Positions 24,729 through 36,849 of a stretch of DNA of 64,000 nt are shown here, in pieces. A program made the translations under genes and the position numbers. Positions within the stretch are counted from its first letter, which is position 1; every line of letters starts with the position of its first letter. A model generated the notes under the pieces. It was not told the origin of the DNA, searched no databases, and saw only the letters and a list, made by a program, of their open reading frames with translations. Origin of the DNA: Botryllus schlosseri (taxonomy: Eukaryota); the NCBI GenBank assembly GCA_051294905.1, contig CM119372.1:1-64000 (forward strand), read 5' to 3'.

Positions 24729-26856
24729 CAGTGTTGCCAACTCCGGATGGAAGAAAATCGCTAAAACTGGTGTCAAAAATCGCTAGATAGCGCTAAATAT
24801 TGAGAAAAAAGCGCTAAAAAATAGCGCTAAATCTGCAAAAGGTGTTAAATTGAACCATTATATCGATATATTCTTCTCAGCTATATTTTACTCGTCTGGG
24901 GCCAAAGTCACTTATCATATTTATAGTTCATAATACGTAATAGTCATATCTAAGCGGGACAAAACGGCAGTCATTTCGATAAAGCAGATCGCTTTGCGCA
25001 ACGATCGCTATACCGTGAACACTGACCAGGTTTGCAGGCATAACCGCTCACTATATCAGCGTGCCTTACTCGATGCGTCCGTGAATACGTGATGCGATGT
25101 ACCGTGGTTATGCGCTTGACTTCTTCTCTAAACTGTGTTGGAGTTGGCCTACTTGAACACGACATGCGACTTGACACACGTGGACACGACATGCGACTTG
25201 ACCCGTCACAACACGACGTTGAAACGGTTTGTTTTCCACTATAAGTAGAGACCTTAAGAAAATAATCCGAGGACCAACCCGGTGTATGAAATGTAATTAA
25301 TCTGGCCTTAAACGAATGACCAGACATTGGAGCGACCTCAAAACAGTCCCCAAAGTCTGGAAATCGGCATTGATAAGAACAATCGCTAGACGAAATGGGT
25401 CATTGTTATGTTCATTGTGTTGCGACGGTGCCATTGTTGGAGCAATAATGCCGGTTTTCAGACTTTGAGGGCTGTTTCGGGGTGCATGGTTCCATTGTCC
25501 GGACAAGATTTTATTTTGTATTTTCGAAATCACTGCGACACTATCTTTCGATTATGGCCATTGGCCAATTATATTAAACTTCAGCGTTCAAGTCGCCAGT
25601 TTTAGCACTGCCAACTATGCTACTTTTAGATTACTCAGCAAGAAGAGACACTGTTTGCTAATGCGTAACCGCCAGGAGTTGCGTATCTACTACTATCTAT
25701 CGGCAGGTAGTAATCTATAATTATTAGGGCAATTTTTTTTTGACATGTCAAAAAAAGTCAAAATTAGGTCAAAATTGTAGCGTTAGGTCAAAATTTGTCA
25801 AAATTGTTTACAAAGTCAAACATTTTTTGACCTCTGCATTTCGTTTGTATCGTAGATTTTGCGCTGTCGGTGAACTTATCATTTGATATTTTACAGCTTG
25901 TAGCCTACTTTATAGGCCTGCCGTTGTAAACGGACCATCGTCTGCTCATTGTGAATCATAAATGGTCAAATGAAACAAATAGTGACATGGTTTTATGGTC
26001 AACGTACCGCAATATCCTAGCTGAAGCAAGACTGCTTGGACATTGCATGGTTCTTATATCAAGAAGCGCAAGCTGAAAAATTGTGATATAGACAACATTG
26101 TCAGAATGAAGCAACACGGTTTGTCACCAGCAGTGTGCACACAACTTGAGTGTTGTCAGCCAACAAATGCTGCTGTTGAACGTTCTTTCTCCGTTCTTGG
26201 CAAGCTACGTAGTAAGGACAGACACTTTCTACCCGAGAATGTAGGATAGGATCTTTCGTTGTACTACAACAAATTTTAATTATTTCCACCAGAATACGTA
26301 ATGTAACTACTGGAATTCTTCATAGGGCCCGATTTCGTTAAAATACTAGTTTTTCATGTAAAAATCTGTCAGTTTTTGAGCCAAAAACGTTTTTTCAGGC
26401 CAATCTACTTTGTAAGGACAGACAGTTCCAACCAGAAATGAAGATAAGTAGTACAATTTTAACATTATATGCGAAAACACCTAATTTGCATACGTGAGGT
26501 CAAAATTTGGTCAAATTTCAGTTTTTTTTAGGTCAAAAAAGGTCAAAATTCAGATTTTTTAGGTCAAAATTCAGATTTTTTAGGTCAAAATCTTCAGTTT
26601 TTTAGGTCAAAAAAAAATTGCCCTAATAATTATATATCATCGGAGTCCGCACTCTGGTGACCGGTATAGCCAATGCAGTTGTCAGCCAGAACTGATCTTT
26701 AGTGGTTATTTTCGGTAAAAAAGCGCTAAATAATCGCTAAATACTTCTTCAAAAATCGCTAGATTTATCGCTAGGCGCTAGATCCATATTTTTTGGCGCT
26801 AAACCGGATGAAAAATCGCTAGATCTAGCGCGAAAATCGCTAAATTGGCAACACTG
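24729..26856. mobile_element. Nested non-autonomous DNA transposon, CAGTGTTGCCAA TIRs (Tip100-like)
   Basis: CAGTGTTGCCAA / TTGGCAACACTG; flanks GGTGAAAGC / GCTGAAAGC; CGCTA subterminal repeats. Confidence 0.85.
25725..26625 (+). mobile_element. Nested hAT-derived element (TAGGGCAATTTT TIRs)
   Basis: Perfect TSD ATAATTAT; retains PTNAAVERSFSVLGKL (hAT dimerisation-type motif); near-identical inverted copy at 45479-46357. Confidence 0.92.
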
Positions 26857-27499
26857 GCTGAAAGCATGGTGTCCTAAATGGTGTGGGCACAGCGTGATTG
26901 AACGGCTGACTGCATTTGGTGATCTCCCGATCCCTTCGCTACAGCCTGGTTCTGAATTATATATACTTTCCTTTGTATTTATCTATACCATGTGTATTAT
27001 CAATGTTCATGGACCGAATAAATTCTCTCTCTCTCTCTACGTCATACTTTCCATTTGTCCAAATGCAATTTTACGACCATTTTTGACCGGCTTGTCGAGC
27101 GTAAATTTGATAAAACGGGTATCAATGAGAAGCTGCCGCAGTACTGATTATTAAAATATAAATTATATTCTGCTCATGGAACTGGAACCCCCAAAATCAA
27201 CCACGATTTTTGCATTGTGATCGAGTTGAACATTGTGACGCAACAAACAGTCTGGCTATTTCTGAGCTGCATAGTCTCGTTTTGCCAGACAGTCTTGTTG
27301 CGTCAATGTTCTTAAACAAGCTAACCTTCCCAGGACTCTTCCATGCGAGTTGGTAATATTAAAGCCACCTGAAGTGACAAAAGTCCTCCGAAAATATATC
27401 GGTAGACTGGAGGAGAAATGATAGTCGGGCTACTAAATAGAATGTGTTGAGAGACAACACAGGAAACTCCTAGAAAAGGATCGGGAAGAAAATTCTTTC

Positions 27500-27754
27500 C
27501 ACGATGAGATCGATGGCACTGGCGTAGCGATCTCTTTTCATGATGCATGGAAGCCGGTTCGGCCCTCCAAAGATTTTGAAGCTCTGAAAACCTTTTGTGG
27601 ATGACTGGCAACATTCTTTCCCTAAACGGCTACTGCTGAAGCCGATATTTCCCAGATGCGCTGGGCGAGAAATGAATTTAGGAGAAACTTAGCTGACCTG
27701 AGTTTGGAAGCACTGTTACAGTGCAAACGATTTAAGTCTATTCAACAGCTGTAA
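27500..27754 (+). pseudogene. hAT-like transposase C-terminal remnant
   Basis: Hand translation: SFHDAWKPVRPSKDFEALKTFCG*LATFFP*TATAEADISQMRWARNEFRRNLADLSLEALLQCKRFKSIQQL*, with two internal stops. Confidence 0.75.
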
Positions 27755-29040
27755 CAATCAGCTGTTGAGCGTGTTTGTTAGGCTTTTCTTTCTTTTTTTT
27801 TCCTATTGGCACCGTTTCCGATGGATGCTGCACATTTTGTGGTTTCGTTTGATATTATTAACCTATGAAATCGGTAGGTTTTTTCTTCTTCTTATTGTTT
27901 GTTGGCACTGATTATACGTGAATGCTGCACATTTTGTGGTTTCTTTTGACAAACTAGCCCGAATAAAGCGTTTTTGTGACTAATTCAAGGCTGAAACTAT
28001 ATATTTAGAGGACGATGCCAAAACTGCCAAAAATAAAAATCGAAAAATGCCAAAAATAAGTTAGTTTTGGCAGTTTTGGCATATGCCAAAAATAACACGG
28101 CCTGGATATCTGTCTTAACTAAGCGCACGCTGGAGGGGAAATCCCCTCAAGTCACAGTTTTGAAACCGACTTCAGCCTGAGGGGTGTAGCTTAAGCCCGA
28201 CGACGGGATTAAGTACTGATTGATTGCAGTGATTTGATTTGCAGTCAATATATTTATTACAATCTTTCTGTTTTGTGCAGTATAGTGCTTTAAGGAGTGT
28301 TCTATAGGAATTTATTAGATTTGTGTAATGAATATTTATTACAATCTTTCTGGTTTGTGCAGAATAGTGCTTTAAGGAGTGTTCTATAGGAATTAATTAG
28401 ATATGTGTCATGTGGTCATGATTCGTTATCTGATGCCTATAAATAACGTTAAAACTATAGTCGGCGGACCCCAGTTGAAGAACCCTTGCTTTGTGGATTG
28501 TTCCTATGATGTAAATTTGACATTTGTCGGTACATTTTAATACAGTTGTTAGTCATCATACAAATTGGTCAAGGAAAAGTGAACGATGGGTGAAACAGAA
28601 GTTTTGTGCGACTCACTCATGAACTGGGTAAGCATATATTTCACACCGACTTGATAACTTTCAGAAAGTTCTCGCCATATCCGTGAGTGTCAACATTCGG
28701 GTATGAACCTGCACTGTAACAGGAATGTCACATTATAGCGTGTTGGAAAATTTCAAATGATTTACCCCATCCTTTATTAATCCTCCATAGTGGAATCGAT
28801 GGCAACGGCACGCACAACGTCACGCGAGCATTTATATATGATCAGTTGATCACGCCGATTAATGAATTGTGCTGACATCACAAAGCGATACCAGAGTCCA
28901 GATCCAGAATAAGGCGCTTGCGCTTTACAATGAACTCAAGCAAGCGTGGCATTTGCGTAACAGCGAATATGCGGCGTAGCCTCAGTCCGGCGTATACCAG
29001 GTCTGTTTTAGCCCATTGTGTCGTTTAATAAGTAATTCAG

Positions 29041-29107
29041 AATTGAATCAGAGCGCACGGAATCGGATCTTGTTCGAGCCATTCACCATTTTATGGTCGA
29101 CTATTGG
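29041..29107 (+). CDS. HOOK: Candidate first coding exon of the HOOK gene
   Basis: IESERTESDLVRAIHHFMVDYW then GTGACT; ends in W at phase 0, in frame with the next exon (cf. HOOK3 ...LLTW|IQTF); start codon unresolved. Confidence 0.5.
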
Positions 29108-29513
29108 GTGACTATTGCAAAACGTGGGAAATCAAGGGGGGGAAATGGGAAGTCAAAGAATGGAAATCTACTCATTGAGAACTGTTAACGAATGGACAGG
29201 GCTGTCAAAATCAGAAAACATGGCAATACAGACAGAAGTAAAATATAGCATCCTGGATCTTTTTTAGACTATTAACTGTGCAAAATTTTGGATTTTCAGA
29301 GCGATAATGTGACTTTTACATGTTACGAAATTAAAGTGGCTTTTTCTCAAAATTTTCTTATTTTTCGTACCTTGAAAGTTATGAATCCTGTTTGAGGCAG
29401 AAAAATTCATCCAATCGAAGTGAAAATTTGCAGGTATATGTCTTGGGATGCTTCCACGAATGAAACTGTTCATTTTATTTTATAAGTGAAGGGTCCCTCC
29501 CATTAGGTTACAC

Positions 29514-30669
29514 CAGGGGTCACCAACCTTTTTGCACCCGAGAGCTACTTTTTGATACTGATTGATGCAACGGGCACCATTTACTCCCGCCGTTTATCCT
29601 CCTGAATTCCCACTTCGATATTCATAGGGCAGTAATCACATTACAGTAAGACTTCTTTCCAAGACAGTCTTGTAAAATCAAAACATCTCATTTCAACTAG
29701 CTCTTCACTGGCATTTATTAAGAAATTATGAATTACTTAGCACCATAGCACCTATTTGTATAAATAATGCAACAGTCAACTCAAATTTGGACTGGACAGT
29801 GGACATCTTGTTATCTCTATTTATATCAGTCAGTGGGAAGGCTGGCATTGCATGTTATCAGCTATTGCGCTGTACTCTGGTATGTAACTTGAAACTGCTA
29901 CTCTGAGTGGGTCTTCCAGATGTGCATCAGTGAGGCGTGTTCTGTGCTTGTTTTTGATAAAGTTCATGTCCGAGAAGGCTGATTCACAACGATAAGTTGA
30001 ACCAAACATGCTTGGAACCTTCATAGCTGCTGCGCATACACCACTGTACTTTTCCGTGTCAACAAGGATTGGGGCATTGTTAAGTCAGAATGACCTTGGT
30101 AGGTAGGCCTATATGTTGCCAAAGAGTCTCGAAAGGATTTGATTGACAAGCGAATCCCCTTGTCGAGCATTATACGGGGCAATAACAACTATTACTGAAA
30201 ATGAGAAACACGGCTATCTGCTACCGAATAGTAATGCCATTTGCTCATGTGTCATTGTTCTGGTCTGGATGTCCACTGTCCAGCTTCACCACCGACATTT
30301 CAAGAAGACCGTGGATAGCATTCCACCATATGTCACCTGTATAGGTAGTGCTCAGTGCTCAGTCTTCGATATCTTGTGATTCGATTAGGCTACATGTTGG
30401 TATATTACTAGTTGTAATTGGGGATATTTGCTATCATCATTTTAAGTGTTTATATATATGTATTGTCATTTCCAAGTCACATGTTATAGTGTGATTTAAA
30501 CAACAATAGCTAAATCACTCAATTTATCTATTTAAAAGCTCACTGGTGATAATCTGACGAATAATGGCTAATGCTGCTATTCGATCTATTTTCAGAACAG
30601 GCTCGCGGGCACCACATCAGGTCCTCGCGGGCTACCTGGTGCCCGCGGGCACCGGGTTGGTGACCCCTG
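29514..30669 (-). mobile_element. hAT-Charlie non-autonomous element with transposase C-terminus
   Basis: TIRs CAGGGGTCACCAACC / GGTTGGTGACCCCTG; perfect TSD GGTTACAC; MFGSTYRCESAFSDMNFIKNKHRTRLTD in ORF 29830-30024 (-). Confidence 0.93.
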
Positions 30670-31566
30670 GGTTACACTAACTCAAAAATTTGCAAAATTT
30701 TTTTTTTTTCAATTTTCAAATTTTCTTTTCAAAGAATAACCCTTGTTGAAAAAAAAGAGTTTCATCCGGATATTTGAGGTAATTTGAATCTATTATAAGC
30801 ACCAAGAAAAAATTTCACTCAGAAATTTTGCCAGAAAAAAATTCACAAAAAAATAGTTTGAAAAATCATAAAATCGGATGAAAGTCAAAAAAACGTCAAC
30901 CATTTTTCACCAAATTTTCACCAAAGTTCGAATGTCCAACACAGCACCTTGTGTCAAAATTTCAGAAAGATTGCTTCATTAGTATCAAAGTTATGGTTAT
31001 AAATGAGTGATTTTCCAATTCGAGGGGTTAGCATAGCCCCATAAGCAATAGAGTGTAAAGGCATACAAAAAAACTACATTGTCCAAAGTTACCTCACATG
31101 CACTCATGCAGGCCCTGCAGAGGTAACTTTGGACACAGATAATTTACAAAAATAAGGTACTTATTTTTTACCATGAAGATTTTCGATTAGGTAATTCTAA
31201 TCTTCTTTGCTCCACAACCCCTGAAAAACAGAAAACTTACCTCTCCTACACCCTAGCATTTCCAAGATACAAAGCGGAATTGTTGAAAATTGTCCTAAGT
31301 TACCCCGGTTTACGGATATGGAATAATGTTGCTATGGTATGGAAAATGGTCAAGTATGGTATGGAACAATTGGGCGGGTATGGAGTATGGAAAATTCCCA
31401 TTCCATACCATACCATGCCCTGCCGGTACCGTACTCTGTAAAATCATATCTCACTACTCTACTCGAATCATTGTGCCCAGCCCTAAATGAATATTCCTAA
31501 TTGCTCTTTGCAATGGAAATGATTCTGAGCGGACTTGACATATTCATCTGTGCTTTTTAATTTCAG

Positions 31567-31652
31567 CTTTCACAATTTGATGTTCCTGCCCCGCACCAAC
31601 ACTATTTAGAGATGACAGATGGAGTGGCAATAGCGCAAATACTCAACCAAAT
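31567..31652 (+). CDS. HOOK: HOOK microtubule/dynein adaptor, coding exon (86 nt)
   Basis: tttcag|LSQFDVPAPHQHYLEMTDGVAIAQILNQ(I)|gtgagt; cf. HOOK3 IQTFNVDAPCQTVEDLTNGVVMAQVLQKI. Confidence 0.9.
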
Positions 31653-33407
31653 GTGAGTTTTTGTTTTTGTTCCACGCTTTGTTTCATTTAGAGTCCTTGC
31701 AGGGACCCATTCATCAAAGAAACACCCATGCTGTGTGATTTCTTATGATTAGAACCATGCTCTGATGTCATGGGAATTGCTGGTATTTTTTATAGCTACC
31801 GTAATCGGTGATGCCAGTGGCATAGACTGGGTTGAATCGGAGAACCTTCTTCTACCCCCTTTCCCAGCTCTACCCCCTTTTAAACCCTCCTAATGTCTCT
31901 CTCTCCCTTATTCTGAAAACATCGGTGTATTGTTTCTCAGGGTTGTAATGACTCGAGTCATTTTCTTAAAATACGGAAATGACTCGACCCTGTTGTTTCT
32001 TCACGCCATGGTTGTACAGCGTAGTTGGACAAACTATAGCCCGCGGGCCGCATGCGTCCCGCAACACCGTTTTGTGCAGCCTGCGGATGCCTCAAACATT
32101 TTTAAAATATTGAAAAATGCGTTCTAAAATCTAATTATTGCAGCGACTGAACGTTTTCTAATATATTTCGACATGAAAATAATAGTCTTTGTATGTTTAT
32201 TTTCTATTTGAAGCACCATATCCCCACCTCAAAGCCCACGCATTTTGAAGGGTCTCAATTGCTAAATATCACAGAAAGTCAAAACGAAAGTGACATAATT
32301 TGGTTCTCGAGTTTGATTTTTAGGTGGCAACACCAGCAAGTTTATTGCTTTCAGGGCTCTGCTTGAAAAAAAGGATTTGCGCTGTGTTTTTGTTCTCGAT
32401 ATATGTACAAGTTCTTTTTTTTATAATACCTCTTCCTATACCTATACCTAACGTAGTTAACGGAAACATGGTTATGATGCTAGCAGCATTGTGTGTCCTG
32501 GAGTTAAAGTAGAATCAGCAAATCTATGAACAGCTTGCTGCTCAAAGATTTGGATTTCTATCCTTTTCTAAGAATCGGCACAGCCGAATTTCATCCCTAA
32601 TTTTGACAAACTTGTTACTAAGTATGATCAGCTCAGATATTATCTCCATACATTGGCGCTGAACTCAGGTAGGCCGAGCATAACTAGGAATTTTTTTTTT
32701 GGTAGGCCTATGCAGCATACCCAGAATTCCGTTACGCAAGTAGCTAGATGAACCTGAATTGTGTAATTCAGAAAAAGCGCAATGCATTTCCGTTACGTTC
32801 TGTCGCTTATGTGAGCAATTTAACCAATTGATCGAATTTCAGTTATTAGAAGATAATTGGAAGATACGTCACGACTTCCATAATTAAGAGGCCAATTTCT
32901 ACTGAGGCCAATACATAGGCTCCGACTTACGAGGTGGCAAGCTTGCGCAGTAGGGGTGTTCGAATATGATCTTTTTTCTGAAATTGCACTGGCTACTTGA
33001 TAAAATTGTTAGGTTACTTAGTATAAGCTTACGCACCAAATTTGGTTTAATTCCAGCTCGTAGCCGCATTGCTACAGGAGAAAAAAATTTTTTATATATT
33101 ATATCAAAACAAATATGAAAAATTTCAAAATTTCCTCTTCGCCGCATGAAATTGTTAGGTTTTTTATCTAAACGATGCTCACCAAATTTGGCTCAATTCC
33201 AACCAGTGGATGTAGAGTTATTGCCGTGGAAAAATTTTGGTATTGAATAAAATAATGGTTACGGTGGCCGATTCTTTAATTATTCATTATAGCTGTGCCT
33301 ACCCCCCATCGTAAATGCTATTTTATTCAAATCCAAATTTTTCGACGGCAATAACTCCGTTCGGACTCTGGCTATGATGTTGCCCAAAGTATTTTTTGTC
33401 TTTCCAG

Positions 33408-33480
33408 TGATCCAGACTTTTTCAACGAAACGTGGTTGACGCGAATCAAGCAAAATGTCAGCGACAATTTCAGACTCAAG
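33408..33480 (+). CDS. HOOK: HOOK coding exon (73 nt)
   Basis: ttccag|DPDFFNETWLTRIKQNVSDNFRLK|gtttga; phase matches previous exon; cf. DPAYFDENWLNRIKTEVGDNWRLK. Confidence 0.93.
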
Positions 33481-33571
33481 GTTTGATTTTGTATAGTTCA
33501 TTACGAGCTGCGTTTTTTCTGAATTGTGTGATTCGGCCGTCAACAGTATATAATCTATACTCTTCATTTAG

Positions 33572-33622
33572 ACAAACAATTTGAAGAAGGTCCGAAATCA
33601 GATGATTGAATATTTTCGCGAG
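33572..33622 (+). CDS. HOOK: HOOK coding exon (51 nt)
   Basis: tttag|TNNLKKVRNQMIEYFRE|gtcagt; cf. ISNLKKILKGILDYNHE. Confidence 0.9.
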
Positions 33623-34378
33623 GTCAGTATTTGCTTCGTCCATAGGTTGCGGCCCAAAGTGAGGATCTGAATCTTCGAGTCGAGTGTCCGAGTATCGTTC
33701 ATCCTGATGCCATAAAACTAGAACAGTGGTTCCCAAAATGTGGTACGTGTGGGAGTATCTCAAGTGGTACGCCCAGGAATGCATATTTCAAATGACTGTT
33801 CACTAATATGCTGAGACCGACAATTTCAAATCTGAAAAGTTTTGGAAACAGTTTGACCATACCGCACTATATTTTATTTTTTTCAACGAACCCCAACTAA
33901 ACATCCCTCAACGGCAATATGTTTTTATCAGCGGGCTATCGGGAAGCCACCAAGTAAATTGAGTTGGCACAATAGGATGTTCCATCTTGGACGGGGGCAT
34001 ACTGTTGATGGGAGCCCTGAGATTTTAGTAGTTCATGAAGCAAAACTGCCTCATGATTTCTCTAATCGAAGAAAATACAAATGAGGTCATCAATCATTTT
34101 GCAAATTTCGAGGTATCGCGGACCCCCGGTTGAGAAGCACTATTCTACATGTCTTGTGTGCTGTGATGCGACTATACGACTATTCAAGGTTTACAGTCGT
34201 CTACAGTGAAAAATAGTATCTAGTTGATAAATGAACTCTCAGTGGCGATGAGCAAACCATACTTGGGCAAATAATCTCTCACTGCTCGACTTGAATCATT
34301 AAAATGAATATTCGATTCAGATTCTAGTAATCGCTACTCGTGATTCAAAATCCTTTTCTAAGAAGATATGTTTGGTAG

Positions 34379-34511
34379 GTGACTGGAAATGAGCTAGTTG
34401 GCTTCCAACTGCCGGATATCCCCGCCATCTCGGAACAGTCAGACAAACAACAACTGGGTCGACTGCTTCAGTTAATTCTAGGTGTCGTTGTGAATTGCTC
34501 AAGAAAACATC
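34379..34511 (+). CDS. HOOK: HOOK coding exon (133 nt)
   Basis: gtag|VTGNELVGFQLPDIPAISEQSDKQQLGRLLQLILGVVVNCSRKH|gtaagt; Hook-domain LGRxLQLILGxxVNC motif. Confidence 0.95.
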
Positions 34512-35233
34512 GTAAGTAATCTATGTTTATTGCTCTACATTTGAGTATGCGACTTTTTACCTTCTGAACTAACTCTAAATCTATCCTGACATTAATCACG
34601 ACACGTATGACATACATGCCCACATGCTGACAGGCAGAATAACTTGTTTTTCAAATTTCACTGGCTACCCATGTAATTGTTAAGTTGTCTAAAATACGAT
34701 GTGTAACAAATTCGGCTGACTTCTGACCCGTAGAAACAAAATGATCTGAAGAAAAAAAAACAGTATTTACGGTGCACAATTCTATCGTTTACCTATGACG
34801 AGAAATTGTTGCTAGATATGTTTTAACGTGATTTAATGCTTACTAGCATGTCTTACTATTTATAATTGGCTTGGTATCACAAGTACTGACATATTTGACA
34901 TGAATTCGAGACAAATTGTGTTGAAAAATGACAATTTTCGGCACATCAAAAATTAAGGGTAATTAATGAAGTTAAATGTAGAATTCTACAGGTTGAAATT
35001 GGGCCTATTTTGAGCAACCTAACAATGTAATCGGATGGCCAGTAACATTGGAAATTAAAATTTTAGTAGTTGCGAATTTTGAAATGTGAATATTTGTAGC
35101 TTTAGTTCCAGTTGCCATTTCTGAAAAGTGAGTATCTCTAGCTTTAATTGCGAATTTTGAATGGTGAGTCATTCTAGTTGAAAATCCAGTAGTATGTCCA
35201 AGTCTGCCGCTAGTCCAATTGTAACACTTGCAG

Positions 35234-35298
35234 AGTACATCGAAGAAATCATGCAATTGGACGAGGACGTGCAGCATGTCGTCATGACAGCAATCCAG
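35234..35298 (+). CDS. HOOK: HOOK coding exon (65 nt)
   Basis: ttgcag|(Q)YIEEIMQLDEDVQHVVMTAIQ|gtatgt; VQHVVMTAIQ matches vertebrate HOOK as recalled. Confidence 0.95.
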
Positions 35299-35410
35299 GT
35301 ATGTCCGGGACAATTTTTTCCGACCACTTGTTATTCTTGGGGCTGGACAAAAGCCAGCACCTGAGGCATATACGACTCGGAGTCGAGTATCACATGTTAT
35401 CACATAAGAC

Positions 35411-35589
35411 CAAGGTTGTAATGACTCGAGTCAGGATTTTCTGATGACTCGGACTCGAGCCTCCGCTCGCTGACTTGGACTCTGACTTGACTCGGTGGTG
35501 AACTGAAAAAGACTCAACTTAACTCGAGTAAAAGCTATAAAGCGACATTGACTTGTGACTCGGAGCCTTGTGACTTGGTTACAACCCTG
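35411..35589. mobile_element. Short hAT MITE, same family as 51614-53687
   Basis: CAAGGTTGTAA / TTACAACCCTG; TSD CATAAGAC / CATAAGAG; GACTC repeats. Confidence 0.8.
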
Positions 35590-36007
35590 CATAAGAGCGA
35601 ACAATTGATGTGAAAAGTTCCAATATGTACCTTTTATGTGTAGTTTAAACTTACAATGATAGTTCAAGGTTGCAATAAAGATAAGTCGGTATTGAAACGT
35701 GGAACTTGAACTATTTCACTTTTTCAAATCCGAGTTGATTCTCATAAGCATGAGAATAGAAAAGATCTGTTGAGCGAGTTTTCTTCGCTTTGCACGTTAC
35801 AGTTCTCCTGTAGCCTTTTTATGAAAGCAGAAATGAGATAAGAATTCAAATGATAGCGTAAAAACATTTCACGAATTCGAATGAAATTAGAATGCCGTGA
35901 TTTTTCTCTAATTAGCCCAGTTAGAAGACTAGAATGATCCAGTAGTCCAAGTCTGCCCTACTGTGCCCACTGTTAGTTCCTCTACCAAGCCATAATCTTT
36001 TTTTCAG

Positions 36008-36166
36008 GAACTGATGCAGCACTATGTCCCCTGTGGCTCTGACCAGGTCGACTCTGCCGGGACCAGTGAGGCGTCGCAGGAATTGCAAATGCTACATCGC
36101 AAGGTCAAAGAAATCGAGGCGGAGAGAGAGGAAATCGCCCAACGATGCCACAAGCTCGAGAACCAG
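36008..36166 (+). CDS. HOOK: HOOK coding exon (159 nt), start of coiled coil; last HOOK exon I can find
   Basis: tttcag|ELMQHYV...KEIEAEREEIAQRCHKLENQ|gtttag; cf. KEEIAQRCHELDMQ. Confidence 0.93.
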
Positions 36167-36357
36167 GTTTAGAGCCAGTATATTCTCTCTGTCTTTCTCT
36201 CTCTCACTTTCCCTTTCTCTTCCATCAGTTAACGATGGTGTTTTCCGAACGCTCCTCTTTAAGAGAAGAATGCTCTCTTCTATTTGATCAGGTCCATTTT
36301 TTCTCTCCTTCTCTCTAAAAATCAGCTATTCTGTTCTCTGCGACAGACTTTTACAAT

Positions 36358-36849
36358 AAGGTTGTTCAAAAATAAACTTTTTCTTCAGATTTCTCTGGCT
36401 ACTTGATAAAATTGTTAGGTTAGTGAAAACAACGCTGCACACCGACCTTGGCTCAATTCCAGCCAGTAGAAGCGAAGTTATCGCAGTAGAAAAATTTCCA
36501 ATTCAATGATTTTATAATAAATAATGAAAGAGTTAGTCACCGTAAATACTATTTTATTAAAATCCAAATTTTTCTACCGCAATAACTTCGCTTCTAGTGG
36601 TTGGTATTGAGCCAAATTTGGTGTGCATCATCACTATTGATAGCATAACAATTATATGAGGTCGACAGAAAAATTTTGAAAAGTTACTTTTTGTTCTTTA
36701 ATGATAAACTCAAAATTTTCTAACGCAAGAAAATCGCTTCTACTGGTTCGAATTGAGTTAAAGTTGGTGCGCAGCGTTGTTTTCACCAACCTAACAATTC
36801 TATCAAGTAGCCAATGAAATCTGAAAAAAAGTTCTTTTTGAACAGCCGT
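36358..36849. mobile_element. MITE with long imperfect inverted arms; relatives at ~52484-52971, ~32950-33400, ~34650-34750
   Basis: GGTTGTTCAAAAA / TTTTTGAACAGCC ends; shared GGCTACTTGATAAAATTGTTA motif. Confidence 0.7.

Larger units (their letters stand above)
24495..28104 (+). mobile_element. Deleted hAT-like transposon with nested insertions and a transposase C-terminal remnant
   Basis: TIRs CAGGCCGTGTTATTTTTGGCA / TGCCAAAAATAACACGGCCTG; perfect TSD GATATCTG; an extra internal right TIR ends at 24609. Confidence 0.9.
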
